NCBI GenBank assembly: GCA_905236225.1
Contig: CAJOPM010000045.1
Location: 1 to 43,883, forward strand
Length of the DNA stretch: 43,883 nt
Direction of reading: 5' to 3'
Source of the DNA: an uncultured Eubacterium sp.
GTDB taxonomy: Bacteria > Bacillota > Clostridia > Lachnospirales > Lachnospiraceae
Shown: in pieces, positions 1-9,101 of the stretch
How the letters are laid out: every line of letters begins with the position of its first letter
Position numbering within the stretch: the stretch's first letter is position 1
Notes under the pieces: model-generated
Seen by the model: only the letters and a program-made list of their open reading frames with translations
The model's database searches: none
What the model was told of the DNA's origin: nothing
Position numbers and translations under genes: made by a program

Positions 1-54
1 AAGACCATATATGAAATGACAAGTACAGGATGGCCGGTATTTGTACATTATTAA
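1..54 (+). CDS. 3' end of a CDS entering the window, probably an L,D-transpeptidase (YkuD-like) C-terminus
   Basis: Frame 1 reads KTIYEMTSTGWPVFVHY-stop (TAA 52-54). This resembles the 'xxIYxxxxxGxPVxV' tail of YkuD domains; only 17 residues are visible. Confidence 0.5.
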   Translation, partial: KTIYEMTSTGWPVFVHY

Positions 55-78
55 ATGAAATCAATATTTTACCGCAGT

Positions 79-108
79 GTAAGCAATCCCTCGCTTCAAA
101 AGAGCGAG
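79..108 (+). repeat. Short copy of an IS200/IS605-like hairpin repeat
   Basis: GTAAGCAATCCCTCGCTTCAAAAG (79-102) matches 42679-42702 at 23/24 nt; forms a CTCGCT/AGCGAG stem. Confidence 0.65.
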
Positions 109-144
109 TCTTGACGTCTGAGATATAAAAATAAGACTTATTTG

Positions 145-173
145 ACAGCGCCCCATGTAAAATGGGGCGCTGT
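145..173 (+). terminator. GC-rich hairpin, possible terminator of the upstream gene
   Basis: ACAGCGCCCCAT-gtaaa-ATGGGGCGCTGT, a perfect 12-bp stem, but no clear U-tract. Confidence 0.55.
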
Positions 174-201
174 TGCACTGTTAAATTAAAATAGATATAA
201 T
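173..201 (+). promoter_or_regulatory. sigma-A promoter of the transglutaminase/PilC/PilT operon
   Basis: TTGCAC (173-178), 17-nt spacer, TATAAT (196-201). Confidence 0.7.
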
Positions 202-208
202 GTTAGAT

Positions 209-1204
209 ATGATTAACTCTAAATATTTTCGCAAACAAAATACATATAGTCTTATTATTTGCGTTACAGTTATTATTGCGTTATGTCTTATATTTGGCGC
301 CGGATGTAGCATAGGGACAGATGATGAAGATATAGAGGTTTCTGATTTAGAAGCCGATGATCAAGTAGGCATTATGGAATATTCCGGTGACAAAGAGGGT
401 GAATATGTAACTCCCGAATTTAATGATTCAGCCTTTAATGATGAAAAGGCTGATGATTATGGACAAGTCAGATTAGATATTTCATCTGTTAATCTAGGGT
501 ATTTCGGCATTGAAGTTTCAAGCGACAATTCACTTAAACTTCAGGTTATAAAGGGCGATGATACATATACCTACGATATCAATTCTGAAATGAATCCCGA
601 AATTATACCGCTTAATATGGGCAATGGCAAGTATGAGATCAAAGTTATGGAAGCAATCGGCGAGCAGAAGTATGCAAAGCTTTGGTCTGATACTATAAAT
701 GTGGAGCTTGATACAAAATATAGCGCTTTTTTAAGACCCAGCAAGATGGTAAATTACAATCAGGACTCACAGTGCGTTAAGCTTGGGCAAGAGATAGCGA
801 ATGCATCGGATAGTGATTTGGAGCTGGTTTCGAATGCTTATGAATATCTTTGCGAGGCTATATCCTATGACAATAACAAAGCGGCATCCGTGACAAGCGG
901 ATATATACCCGATCCGGATGCGACACTTGAGGAAAGAAAGGGGATATGCTTTGATTATGCGGCGCTTTCGGCTGCAATATTTAGAAGTCAGGGCATACCT
1001 TGTCAGTTGATTACAGGTTACGTGACAAGTGAAAATGTATATCATGCATGGAACAAGGTTTATATTAAATCAGAAGGATGGGTTACGGTAGAGATATCTG
1101 CCGATGCTAATGACTGGCAGAGAATAGATATTACATTTGCTGCCAGTGGAATAGATGAAGAATTAGGAGAAGATAACGAGTATACACAGCTTTATGTGTA
1201 TTGA
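209..1204 (+). CDS. Transglutaminase-like domain lipoprotein (ORF track start 200; ATG 209 preferred)
   Basis: N-terminal hydrophobic stretch ending in lipobox-like GAG-C; acidic linker; transglutaminase-like core motifs GICFDYA (Cys), HAWN (His) and RIDIT (Asp). Confidence 0.85.
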   Translation: MINSKYFRKQNTYSLIICVTVIIALCLIFGAGCSIGTDDEDIEVSDLEADDQVGIMEYSGDKEGEYVTPEFNDSAFNDEKADDYGQVRLDISSVNLGYFGIEVSSDNSLKLQVIKGDDTYTYDINSEMNPEIIPLNMGNGKYEIKVMEAIGEQKYAKLWSDTINVELDTKYSAFLRPSKMVNYNQDSQCVKLGQEIANASDSDLELVSNAYEYLCEAISYDNNKAASVTSGYIPDPDATLEERKGICFDYAALSAAIFRSQGIPCQLITGYVTSENVYHAWNKVYIKSEGWVTVEISADANDWQRIDITFAASGIDEELGEDNEYTQLYVY

Positions 1205-1215
1205 TGGAGGTTTAT

Positions 1216-2259
1216 ATGAGCAATAAGAGAATGTCAGATGCGGCAGTTAGCGTATTTTGCCGTAATATGGCTATGATGTTATCGGGCGGCATCAGTCCGG
1301 TCGAAGCGGTTCATCTTCTAGGTGAAGACTCAGTAGAAGAAGGGTTTCAAGAGAAGATGAAAACCTTACAAGAGAAGCTGATTTTAGGAGAAGGATTTGC
1401 CGTAGCTATTGATAGTAGCGCTATTGTGCCTCCTTATGCCTGCGAGATGATTAAGATAGGTGAACAATCAGGTAGAACAGAGAACGTTTTATATTCACTT
1501 TCGGATTATTATGAGAATAGATTTGAATTGCAGCAAAAGTTCAAATCTGCAGTATTTTACCCAATGATATTACTTATAGTGATGTGCGCTGTCCTTGCAC
1601 TTATGGTGTTTAAGATTCTGCCTGTATTTATACAGGTATATGAAAGTTTATCAGGCTCCATACTTGCATCGTCATATGCATATGTTAAGGTTTCAATGGT
1701 AATTGCAATTATTGCACTTATAATTACGGCTATTTGCTGCTTTATGATTATTTTTATCATGATTAGATATAAAAGTGAAAAAGGCCGAAAACAACTTATA
1801 AAAATGCTTGAAAAAATTAAATTTAGCAAAAAAGCTATGAGAAAGTCGGGAGTGCTGCAGCTTTTAGAATCTCTCAGACTCCTTATGGCAAGCGGAATGA
1901 ATACCGATCAGGCAATGGAAATTGCATCTGATGCAGTAGATAATGATAGTGTAAAAAAGGATGCAAAATTAGCCCTTGATATGATGAGAGAGGGCAAGAG
2001 CCTTTCACAGGCAATATATGATACAAACATTTTAGAACCCCTTTATGCAAGAATGCTTATAAGTGCTTCGCATACGGGTAAACTTGATTCTACACTTGAT
2101 AGTGTAACTGAAATTACCAATAATGATATGCAAAATGAAATAGGAATGCTAGTAGGCACAGTTGAACCGATTCTTACGGGATTTTTAACCGTGGCAATCG
2201 GAATATGCTTAATAAGCGCCATGCTTCCACTTACAGGAATAATTGCCTCAATGGGCTGA
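1216..2259 (+). CDS. Type II secretion F / PilC-family inner-membrane platform protein
   Basis: Two T2SSF-like repeats (FCRNMAMMLSGG...GEQSG...YPMIL; LMASGM...TGKLD...VEP) with TM helices; GGAGG RBS before ATG 1216. Confidence 0.9.
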   Translation: MSNKRMSDAAVSVFCRNMAMMLSGGISPVEAVHLLGEDSVEEGFQEKMKTLQEKLILGEGFAVAIDSSAIVPPYACEMIKIGEQSGRTENVLYSLSDYYENRFELQQKFKSAVFYPMILLIVMCAVLALMVFKILPVFIQVYESLSGSILASSYAYVKVSMVIAIIALIITAICCFMIIFIMIRYKSEKGRKQLIKMLEKIKFSKKAMRKSGVLQLLESLRLLMASGMNTDQAMEIASDAVDNDSVKKDAKLALDMMREGKSLSQAIYDTNILEPLYARMLISASHTGKLDSTLDSVTEITNNDMQNEIGMLVGTVEPILTGFLTVAIGICLISAMLPLTGIIASMG

Positions 2260-2270
2260 TAGGAAATATT

Positions 2271-2606
2271 ATGTATCATGAAAAACCAAAACATCACAAA
2301 GGAATAATAATAGTAATTTGCTTCTTGGCCGCTGTAGCTGCTGCCATAATCATTATTTTGGGTTGCAGAGCAATATATAATAATATTCTTTACAGCCAGA
2401 CGCAGCAAATAAAAGAAACTGTTATAAAAGACTGCGTTCAGTGTTATTGCATTGAAGGTGTATATCCTTCTAATTTAGAGTACTTAGAAGATAATTACGG
2501 TTTAATAATTAATCATGACAAATTTATTGTTTCGTATGAGGCGTTTTCGTCAAATGTACTTCCGAGTGTTAAAGTACTTGTAAGAGGAGAGGAGTCAGAT
2601 GATTAG
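2271..2606 (+). CDS. Small pilin-like protein with one N-terminal TM helix
   Basis: Basic leader ending in G, hydrophobic helix, then CYCIEGVYPSNLEYL (pseudopilin-like 'GxYPxxLxxL'). ATG 2271 preferred over track start 2205. Confidence 0.65.
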   Translation: MYHEKPKHHKGIIIVICFLAAVAAAIIIILGCRAIYNNILYSQTQQIKETVIKDCVQCYCIEGVYPSNLEYLEDNYGLIINHDKFIVSYEAFSSNVLPSVKVLVRGEESDD

Positions 2607-3063
2607 AGGCAAATCTAATAATATAAGCTCATCTATGATAGTAATTTTATATGCCTTTTTAATAGCAGCTCTTCTTATAGCAATGCTTTGCGCAGGAAGA
2701 CTTTTTAGGAATTTTGTTGAGTCGGATCATATCAACGAGAATAAAAGGGCAACTATATCTTATATTGAAAGCAAAGTCATAAGTCTTGACAGTAAGGATT
2801 TTATTAGTGTAAATGAAGGAAAATACTCACAGGTTTTAATCCTAAAAGAGAGTATGTCCGATTATGAGACAAGGATTTTTTTGTACGACGATAAGCTGCT
2901 TGAGGAGTTTGCAAAAAGCGGCAGTGATATCGATTTGGATAATTGTTATGAAATCAGCGATGCAAGCAGCTTGGATTTTTATTTGGACAAAGAATATAAT
3001 CTGCTTAAAATTGAAATAGATGATGAGGGCGGATACGTTCATATCAGAAGCAAGGTGGTGTAA
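2599..3063 (+). CDS. DUF4860-like pilin-like protein
   Basis: N-terminal TM, then RATISYIESKV...YETRIFLYDDKLLE pattern recalled for DUF4860; overlaps the upstream stop; GGAG RBS. Confidence 0.65.
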   Translation: MIRGKSNNISSSMIVILYAFLIAALLIAMLCAGRLFRNFVESDHINENKRATISYIESKVISLDSKDFISVNEGKYSQVLILKESMSDYETRIFLYDDKLLEEFAKSGSDIDLDNCYEISDASSLDFYLDKEYNLLKIEIDDEGGYVHIRSKVV

Positions 3064-3068
3064 ACGAT

Positions 3069-3512
3069 ATGAGAAAATACAAAAATAACAGCCCTATATT
3101 TATGGCGGCCTTGCAGCTTATTATTTTAATCGTCATTTTTTTGCTTGTAATGATTTTTTTGCTAAAAGCTTTCTCAGGGGCTATATCTACCAGTAAAGAA
3201 TCAAGCAGATTACAAAATTCGGTAGATATATGTCGTAATGCGGCTGAAATATTTGCAGCAACAGATTCTATTGAAGATATCCATAATATGTTAGATGCAG
3301 AGCATTTATCTGAAGATGAAGCTATTTATTATAATAATGACTGGCAGATATGCAGCGCAGATAAGGCATCTTATATATTGAAAATTAATACAGCTACACA
3401 AGATTCTGCTGCGGGAAAGCTAATAAGTGCAAATATTGCGCTAAGTAATGTTGATGATGAAATAATATATGAACTTAATACAGAAAAATATGTTGGAGAA
3501 GCCGATGAATAA
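3069..3512 (+). CDS. Pilin-like protein (N-terminal TM)
   Basis: Basic leader plus ~22-aa hydrophobic helix (LQLIILIVIFLLVMIFLL) and a small soluble domain; operon context. Confidence 0.55.
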   Translation: MRKYKNNSPIFMAALQLIILIVIFLLVMIFLLKAFSGAISTSKESSRLQNSVDICRNAAEIFAATDSIEDIHNMLDAEHLSEDEAIYYNNDWQICSADKASYILKINTATQDSAAGKLISANIALSNVDDEIIYELNTEKYVGEADE

Positions 3513-3918
3513 CAATAAATTAAGGCTGGGCAGTATCAGTATATTATTTACAGTTATAATAATATGTACGATCCTGATTACGATTGCGGCGCTTTCATAT
3601 GCCAAGGCTGATTATAAAGAAAGCAAAGCATATGCAACTCATATTACTACAATGTATGAGACAGAGAGCTTAGGACAAAACTGGTTGGCTATGATTTCAG
3701 GCATCATTTGCGATGAACAAAAAAATATAGATGATGTAGCTGATGTTGATAACACAAAAGTAGATGGCAATATAATCTCTACATCAATTGAACATCAAGG
3801 TCAAAGACTTGATATAGAATTAAAAATAGATTCTAAAGGTAATTATTCAATTATAAAATGGAATAATTATACAACGTGGGTTGAAGATACATCTGTTAAT
3901 TTGTGGCAGGAGGAGTAG
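3505..3918 (+). CDS. Pilin-like protein (N-terminal TM)
   Basis: MNNNKLRLG|SISILFTVIIIC... leader, Gly and hydrophobic helix; GGAG RBS before ATG 3505 (track start 3469). Confidence 0.55.
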   Translation: MNNNKLRLGSISILFTVIIICTILITIAALSYAKADYKESKAYATHITTMYETESLGQNWLAMISGIICDEQKNIDDVADVDNTKVDGNIISTSIEHQGQRLDIELKIDSKGNYSIIKWNNYTTWVEDTSVNLWQEE

Positions 3919-5004
3919 ATGGAAGAGAATAATCAATTAGTAAATATGCTAAAAAGTGCTGTAAATGTCAATGCATCTGATATTTTTATCGTTGCCGGAA
4001 GATGTACAATCTTTAAAGTTAACGGCGCTCAAATTGAACATAACAAAGATAAAGTATTAATGCCGGAAGATACAAACAAGCTTGTTAATGAGATTTATCA
4101 AGAAGCGCATAGAGACGTTTTAAGGATAAGCAAACCGGATGCCGATGATGATTTTTCATTTGCTTTAAACTCAGTCGGAAGATTTAGAGTAAATATATTT
4201 CATCAAAGAGGCTCCCTTGCTGCAGTTATCAGGGTTATAAAATTTGGCTTGCCATCGGCTAAAGAGATGAGAATTCCGGATAAAATAATGGAAATAGCCA
4301 ATTTTAAAAAGGGAATTGTACTTGTTACAGGACCGGCGGGATCGGGCAAGTCGACTACTCTTGCTTGTATACTTAATAAAATCAATCAGTCAAGAAGCGG
4401 CCACATACTTACGCTTGAAGATCCGGTTGAATTTATTCATAGGCACAACAAATGTATAGTAAGTCAAAGAGAAATATTTACGGATTGTCCAAGTTACATA
4501 TCGGCACTTAGAAGTGCTCTTAGAGAGAGCCCGGATGTGATTTTGCTTGGGGAAATGAGAGATCATGAGACTATGGATGTTGCAATGACGGCGGCTGAGA
4601 CGGGACAGCTTTTGTTTAGTACTCTTCACACAACCGGAGCGGCAAATACGGTCGATAGAATAATTGATGAATTTCCGGCAAACCAGCAATCACAGGTTAG
4701 ATTGCAGCTTTCAATGGTGCTTCAGGCGGTTATAAGTCAGCAGCTTGTACCGTCTGTTGATGGCAAATTGGTGCCGGCATTTGAAATTATGTTTATGAAT
4801 ATGGCAATCAGAAACCTGATAAGAGAAAGTAAGACACATCAGATAGATGCGGCAATATCAAGTGGGGCATCAGAGGGTATGAAAACAATGGATACCTCGC
4901 TACTCGAGCTGTATAAAGAAGGAATTATTACAAAAGAGACTGTTCTTACAAGGTGTCATGATTTTGATATTATGCAAAAAAAGCTGGAGATACTTAATAG
5001 ATAA
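3919..5004 (+). CDS. pilT: PilT/PilU-family type IV pilus ATPase
   Basis: Walker A GPAGSGKSTT, Asp box LEDPVE, Walker B ALRESPDVILLGEMRD, His box STLH and the PilT-diagnostic AIRNLIRE motif. Confidence 0.92.
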   Translation: MEENNQLVNMLKSAVNVNASDIFIVAGRCTIFKVNGAQIEHNKDKVLMPEDTNKLVNEIYQEAHRDVLRISKPDADDDFSFALNSVGRFRVNIFHQRGSLAAVIRVIKFGLPSAKEMRIPDKIMEIANFKKGIVLVTGPAGSGKSTTLACILNKINQSRSGHILTLEDPVEFIHRHNKCIVSQREIFTDCPSYISALRSALRESPDVILLGEMRDHETMDVAMTAAETGQLLFSTLHTTGAANTVDRIIDEFPANQQSQVRLQLSMVLQAVISQQLVPSVDGKLVPAFEIMFMNMAIRNLIRESKTHQIDAAISSGASEGMKTMDTSLLELYKEGIITKETVLTRCHDFDIMQKKLEILNR

Positions 5005-5022
5005 TCAAGGAGAACTTAAAGC

Positions 5023-6030
5023 GTGATTAGGACTGACTTAGAAGAGATGGAAAGCTCAATTTTAAGTGAATATGCTGTGCTTAGTAAAAATTCATTGGGA
5101 AGAGATGTCAAAGAGACAGAGTGTGATATAAGAACTGTATTTCAAAGAGACAGAGATAGGATATTGCATTCTAAGTCTTTTAGAAGACTTAAGGATAAGA
5201 CGCAGGTTTTTTTGTCGCCAAAAGGTGACCACTACAGAACCAGACTTACACATACCTTAGAAGTGTCTCAAAATGCCAGAACAATTGCAAAAGCACTCAG
5301 GCTTAACGAGGATCTTGTTGAAGCAATATCTTTAGGGCATGATTTGGGACATACACCGTTTGGACATGCCGGAGAGAGAGCTCTTAATGAGGTGTGCAAA
5401 TTAGGCTTTAAGCATAATGAACAAAGCGTAAGAATTGTAGAAAGAATTGAAAAAGATGGAAGAGGGTTAAACCTTACCAAAGAAGTAAGAGACGGTATTT
5501 TAAATCATCAAACCGCACTTATGCCGGCTACTCTTGAGGGAAAAGTCGTAAGGCTCTCAGATAAGATTGCATACATTAACCACGATATTGATGATGCAAT
5601 ACGAGGACAGGTCATAAAAGAAGAAGATATTCCTGTGCAGTGTAGACAAATCCTTGGTAAAACTACAAGGGAAAGAATTAATACGATGATTCATGACATT
5701 GTTATTAATAGCAGCCAAAAAAATGATATTTGTATGTCGGAGCGAGTCTTAGACGCAATGAAAACACTTAGAAATTATTTGTTTAAAAATGTATATACAG
5801 ATCCGATAGCAAAAGGACAGGAAGGTAAGGCAAAAGAACTTGTAAAAAATCTTTTTCTCTATTATAATGAAAATCCTGACGAAATGTCTCAATTGTATAA
5901 TGAGCTTATTAGACAAGGCGAAGAACAAGAACGAGTGGTCTGTGATTATATAGCAGGAATGACAGATCAGTTTGCTATACATAAATATAACGAGTTGTTT
6001 ATACCTAAGTCGTGGTCGGTGGTAGAGTAA
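5023..6030 (+). CDS. dgt: Deoxyguanosinetriphosphate triphosphohydrolase (HD family)
   Basis: FQRDRDRILHS, RTRLTH, GHDLGHTPFGHAGE, DYIAGMTD motifs; upstream of dnaG. Confidence 0.93.
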   Translation: MIRTDLEEMESSILSEYAVLSKNSLGRDVKETECDIRTVFQRDRDRILHSKSFRRLKDKTQVFLSPKGDHYRTRLTHTLEVSQNARTIAKALRLNEDLVEAISLGHDLGHTPFGHAGERALNEVCKLGFKHNEQSVRIVERIEKDGRGLNLTKEVRDGILNHQTALMPATLEGKVVRLSDKIAYINHDIDDAIRGQVIKEEDIPVQCRQILGKTTRERINTMIHDIVINSSQKNDICMSERVLDAMKTLRNYLFKNVYTDPIAKGQEGKAKELVKNLFLYYNENPDEMSQLYNELIRQGEEQERVVCDYIAGMTDQFAIHKYNELFIPKSWSVVE

Positions 6031-6051
6031 TAGTGTGTTTGAGGTGAGAGG

Positions 6052-7827
6052 GTGGCTTACTATTCAGATGACATAATAGAACAGGTTAGAGGTAGTAATG
6101 ACATAGTAGATATAATATCCGGATATGTTAACCTCACACGAAAAGGCAACAGTTATGTAGGCCTTTGTCCGTTTCATGCTGAAAAGAGCCCGTCATTTAG
6201 TGTATCAGCTGACACACAACTTTATCATTGTTTTGGATGCGGCGCCGGCGGAAATGTTTTTACTTTTCTTATGGAATATGAGAATATGACATTTCCTGAA
6301 GCAGTTAAGGAATTGGCAGCACGTGCATCGATTTCGCTTCCGCAAAGCGATATGTCTAAAGAGGCAGCAAAAGAAGTCAGTGATAGAAGCGTTGTACTTG
6401 AGATTAATAAATATGCCGCAAAGTATTTTTATAGTCTTCTTCATAATAATATGGGAAAAAGAGCTTTGGATTATTTTAAATCAAGAGGACTAAGTGATAG
6501 TACTATAGCGCATTTTGGGCTTGGATATTCAAGCCAATACAGTAATGATTTATACAATGCTCTTAAAAAACAGGGCTATTTAGACGATATAATTAAGAAG
6601 TCCGGTGTTTGCAATATTGAAGAAAAAACAGGCGGACGAGATAGATTTTGGAACAGGGCAATGTTTCCTATTATGGATGAAAGAAGCCATGTGATTGGAT
6701 TCGGTGCCCGTGTAATGGGAGATGGGGAGCCTAAATATTTGAATTCTCCCGAGACGATTGTATTTGATAAAGGGCGAAATCTTTATGGACTTAATTTTGC
6801 AAAAAAATCAAAACGTAAAGGTTTCATTCTTTGTGAAGGATATATGGATGTTATCACACTGCATCAAGCAGGATTTGATAATGCTGTTGCAACACTTGGG
6901 ACGGCGCTTACACCTGGACATGCAAGTCTTTTAAAGAGACTAAGGGTTGAAAGTGTTTATCTTTGCTATGACAGTGATAAAGCCGGCACCAAGGCGGCTC
7001 TTAGAGCAATTCCTATTCTAAGACAATTTGGAATCAGCAGTCGAATTATTCATATGGAGCCTTACAAAGATCCCGATGAGTTCATTAAAAATCTTGGCGC
7101 TGATGAATACGAAGAGCGTATTAATCAGGCGCAAAACGGTTTTTATTTTGAACTTGATCAAATAGAGAAAAAATATGACATGAATGATCCTGCTGAAAAA
7201 ACAAGGTTTTTTCAGGAGGTTTCGTCGTTGATATTGACACTTGAAAAAGGCATAGAGATGGATTCGTATATTCAAAGTGTGGCTCAAAAATATTCAATTC
7301 CTATTGATGATATTAAAAGTGCTGTTAGCGTTCAGGCCGCAAAAGGGTATGAAAGCAAGAAAAGTAAGCCGCTAAAAAGCGGGATACAATCACACAAAAA
7401 GGAAGATGCCACGCTTCAAAGCCAAAAAATGCTCCTGACATGGATTGTGCAACAAGAAGGCCTCATAGATAGGGTGTCTGAGTACATTACTGCTGAGGAT
7501 TTTACAGATGAATTTATGCACCAAATTGCTTCGGGACTTTTTGAACAGGCTGCGAATGGTCGTATGAATCCTGCGGCGCTTGTAAGTGAATTTGAAGATG
7601 AACAGTCACAAAGAAAAGTCGCAGATATCTTTAATACACCGCTTGAGATGATTGAGTCGCAAGAAGCAAGAAATAAAGCCTTATATGATATCATTATCAA
7701 AATAAAGGAAAATAGCATAGAAAATACTCTTGCTAATCTTGCAGACGATGACATTGAGGGACAGCAAAAATACATAGAAAACAAAAAACGTCTTGATAAG
7801 TTAAAGAGCGGTAGGATAATTATTTAA
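6052..7827 (+). CDS. dnaG: DNA primase
   Basis: Zn finger CPFH...CFGC, PKYLNSPET, TOPRIM EGYMD and DSD, KDPDE. Confidence 0.97.
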   Translation: MAYYSDDIIEQVRGSNDIVDIISGYVNLTRKGNSYVGLCPFHAEKSPSFSVSADTQLYHCFGCGAGGNVFTFLMEYENMTFPEAVKELAARASISLPQSDMSKEAAKEVSDRSVVLEINKYAAKYFYSLLHNNMGKRALDYFKSRGLSDSTIAHFGLGYSSQYSNDLYNALKKQGYLDDIIKKSGVCNIEEKTGGRDRFWNRAMFPIMDERSHVIGFGARVMGDGEPKYLNSPETIVFDKGRNLYGLNFAKKSKRKGFILCEGYMDVITLHQAGFDNAVATLGTALTPGHASLLKRLRVESVYLCYDSDKAGTKAALRAIPILRQFGISSRIIHMEPYKDPDEFIKNLGADEYEERINQAQNGFYFELDQIEKKYDMNDPAEKTRFFQEVSSLILTLEKGIEMDSYIQSVAQKYSIPIDDIKSAVSVQAAKGYESKKSKPLKSGIQSHKKEDATLQSQKMLLTWIVQQEGLIDRVSEYITAEDFTDEFMHQIASGLFEQAANGRMNPAALVSEFEDEQSQRKVADIFNTPLEMIESQEARNKALYDIIIKIKENSIENTLANLADDDIEGQQKYIENKKRLDKLKSGRIII

Positions 7828-7877
7828 ATAAAAATTGTCCATGTATTAATGGCTAGTAGAAAGGATGAATATTCTTA

Positions 7878-9101
7878 ATGGACGAGAAGTTAATAGCTGA
7901 AAAAACAAAAGAGCTGATTAAGGCTGCAAAGAAAAAGAAAAACATTATTGAATACCAAGAAATCATGGATGCATTTAAAGATCAGCCTTTAGATGCGGAA
8001 CAGATGGAAAAGATATTAGAACAGATTGAGGGCAGTGGAGTAGATGTTCTAAGGATTTCCAATATGGATGAAGATGTTTCGGATGATATCATTCTTGCTG
8101 CGGAAAACAAAGAGGAAGATGACATATCTAAGATTGATTTATCCGTACCTGACAATGTATCTATTGAAGATCCTGTTAGGATGTATCTTAAGGAGATTGG
8201 CAAGGTACCGCTGCTTACTGCTGAGGAAGAAATTGAGCTTGCTCAGAAGATGGAAAGCGGCCTTGCGGCTTTAAAAGAATATAACGAGCTCAAAAAGAGC
8301 GAGATGCCTGATGATGAAGCTTTAATTGAAGAAAGAAAAGCGAAAGAAAAAGAACTTAAAAATATTATCGGTCAGGGTGAAGATGCTAAGAAAAAATTAG
8401 CAGAGGCAAACCTGCGCCTTGTTGTAAGTATCGCAAAAAGATACGTAGGAAGAGGAATGTTATTTTTAGACCTTATTCAGGAAGGTAATTTAGGTCTTAT
8501 TAAGGCTGTAGAAAAATTTGACTATCAGAAGGGATATAAGTTTAGTACCTATGCAACATGGTGGATAAGACAGGCGATAACAAGGGCTATAGCCGATCAG
8601 GCAAGAACTATCAGAATTCCTGTTCATATGGTTGAGACTATAAATAAATTAATTCGTATTTCAAGACAGCTTTTACAGGAACTTGGCAGAGAACCCACAC
8701 CTGAAGAAATTGCTGAAGAAATGAAGATGCCGGTTGAAAGAGTTAGAGAAATCTTAAAGATTTCACAGGAACCCGTTTCATTAGAGACGCCTATTGGCGA
8801 GGAGGAAGATTCTCACCTTGGCGATTTTATTCAAGACGAGAATGTACCGGTTCCGGCAGAGGCGGCAACATTTACACTTCTTAAAGAACAACTTGATGAA
8901 GTTTTAGGAACTCTTACTGAAAGAGAACAAAAGGTTCTTACGCTCAGATTTGGATTGGATGACGGAAGAGCCAGAACATTAGAGGAAGTTGGACGTGAAT
9001 TTAATGTTACAAGAGAACGAATAAGACAGATTGAGGCAAAAGCTTTAAGAAAACTGCGTCATCCATCGCGCAGTAGAAAGCTTAAAGATTATCTTGAGTA
9101 A
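7878..9101 (+). CDS. rpoD: Primary RNA polymerase sigma factor SigA/RpoD
   Basis: [51 protein letters not shown]. Confidence 0.98.
   Translation: MDEKLIAEKTKELIKAAKKKKNIIEYQEIMDAFKDQPLDAEQMEKILEQIEGSGVDVLRISNMDEDVSDDIILAAENKEEDDISKIDLSVPDNVSIEDPVRMYLKEIGKVPLLTAEEEIELAQKMESGLAALKEYNELKKSEMPDDEALIEERKAKEKELKNIIGQGEDAKKKLAEANLRLVVSIAKRYVGRGMLFLDLIQEGNLGLIKAVEKFDYQKGYKFSTYATWWIRQAITRAIADQARTIRIPVHMVETINKLIRISRQLLQELGREPTPEEIAEEMKMPVERVREILKISQEPVSLETPIGEEEDSHLGDFIQDENVPVPAEAATFTLLKEQLDEVLGTLTEREQKVLTLRFGLDDGRARTLEEVGREFNVTRERIRQIEAKALRKLRHPSRSRKLKDYLE

Noticed and set aside
8250-8385. Extra ~35-aa charged segment in SigA between regions 1.2 and 2
   Set aside because: Falls in the known non-conserved region of primary sigma factors; ordinary lineage variation.
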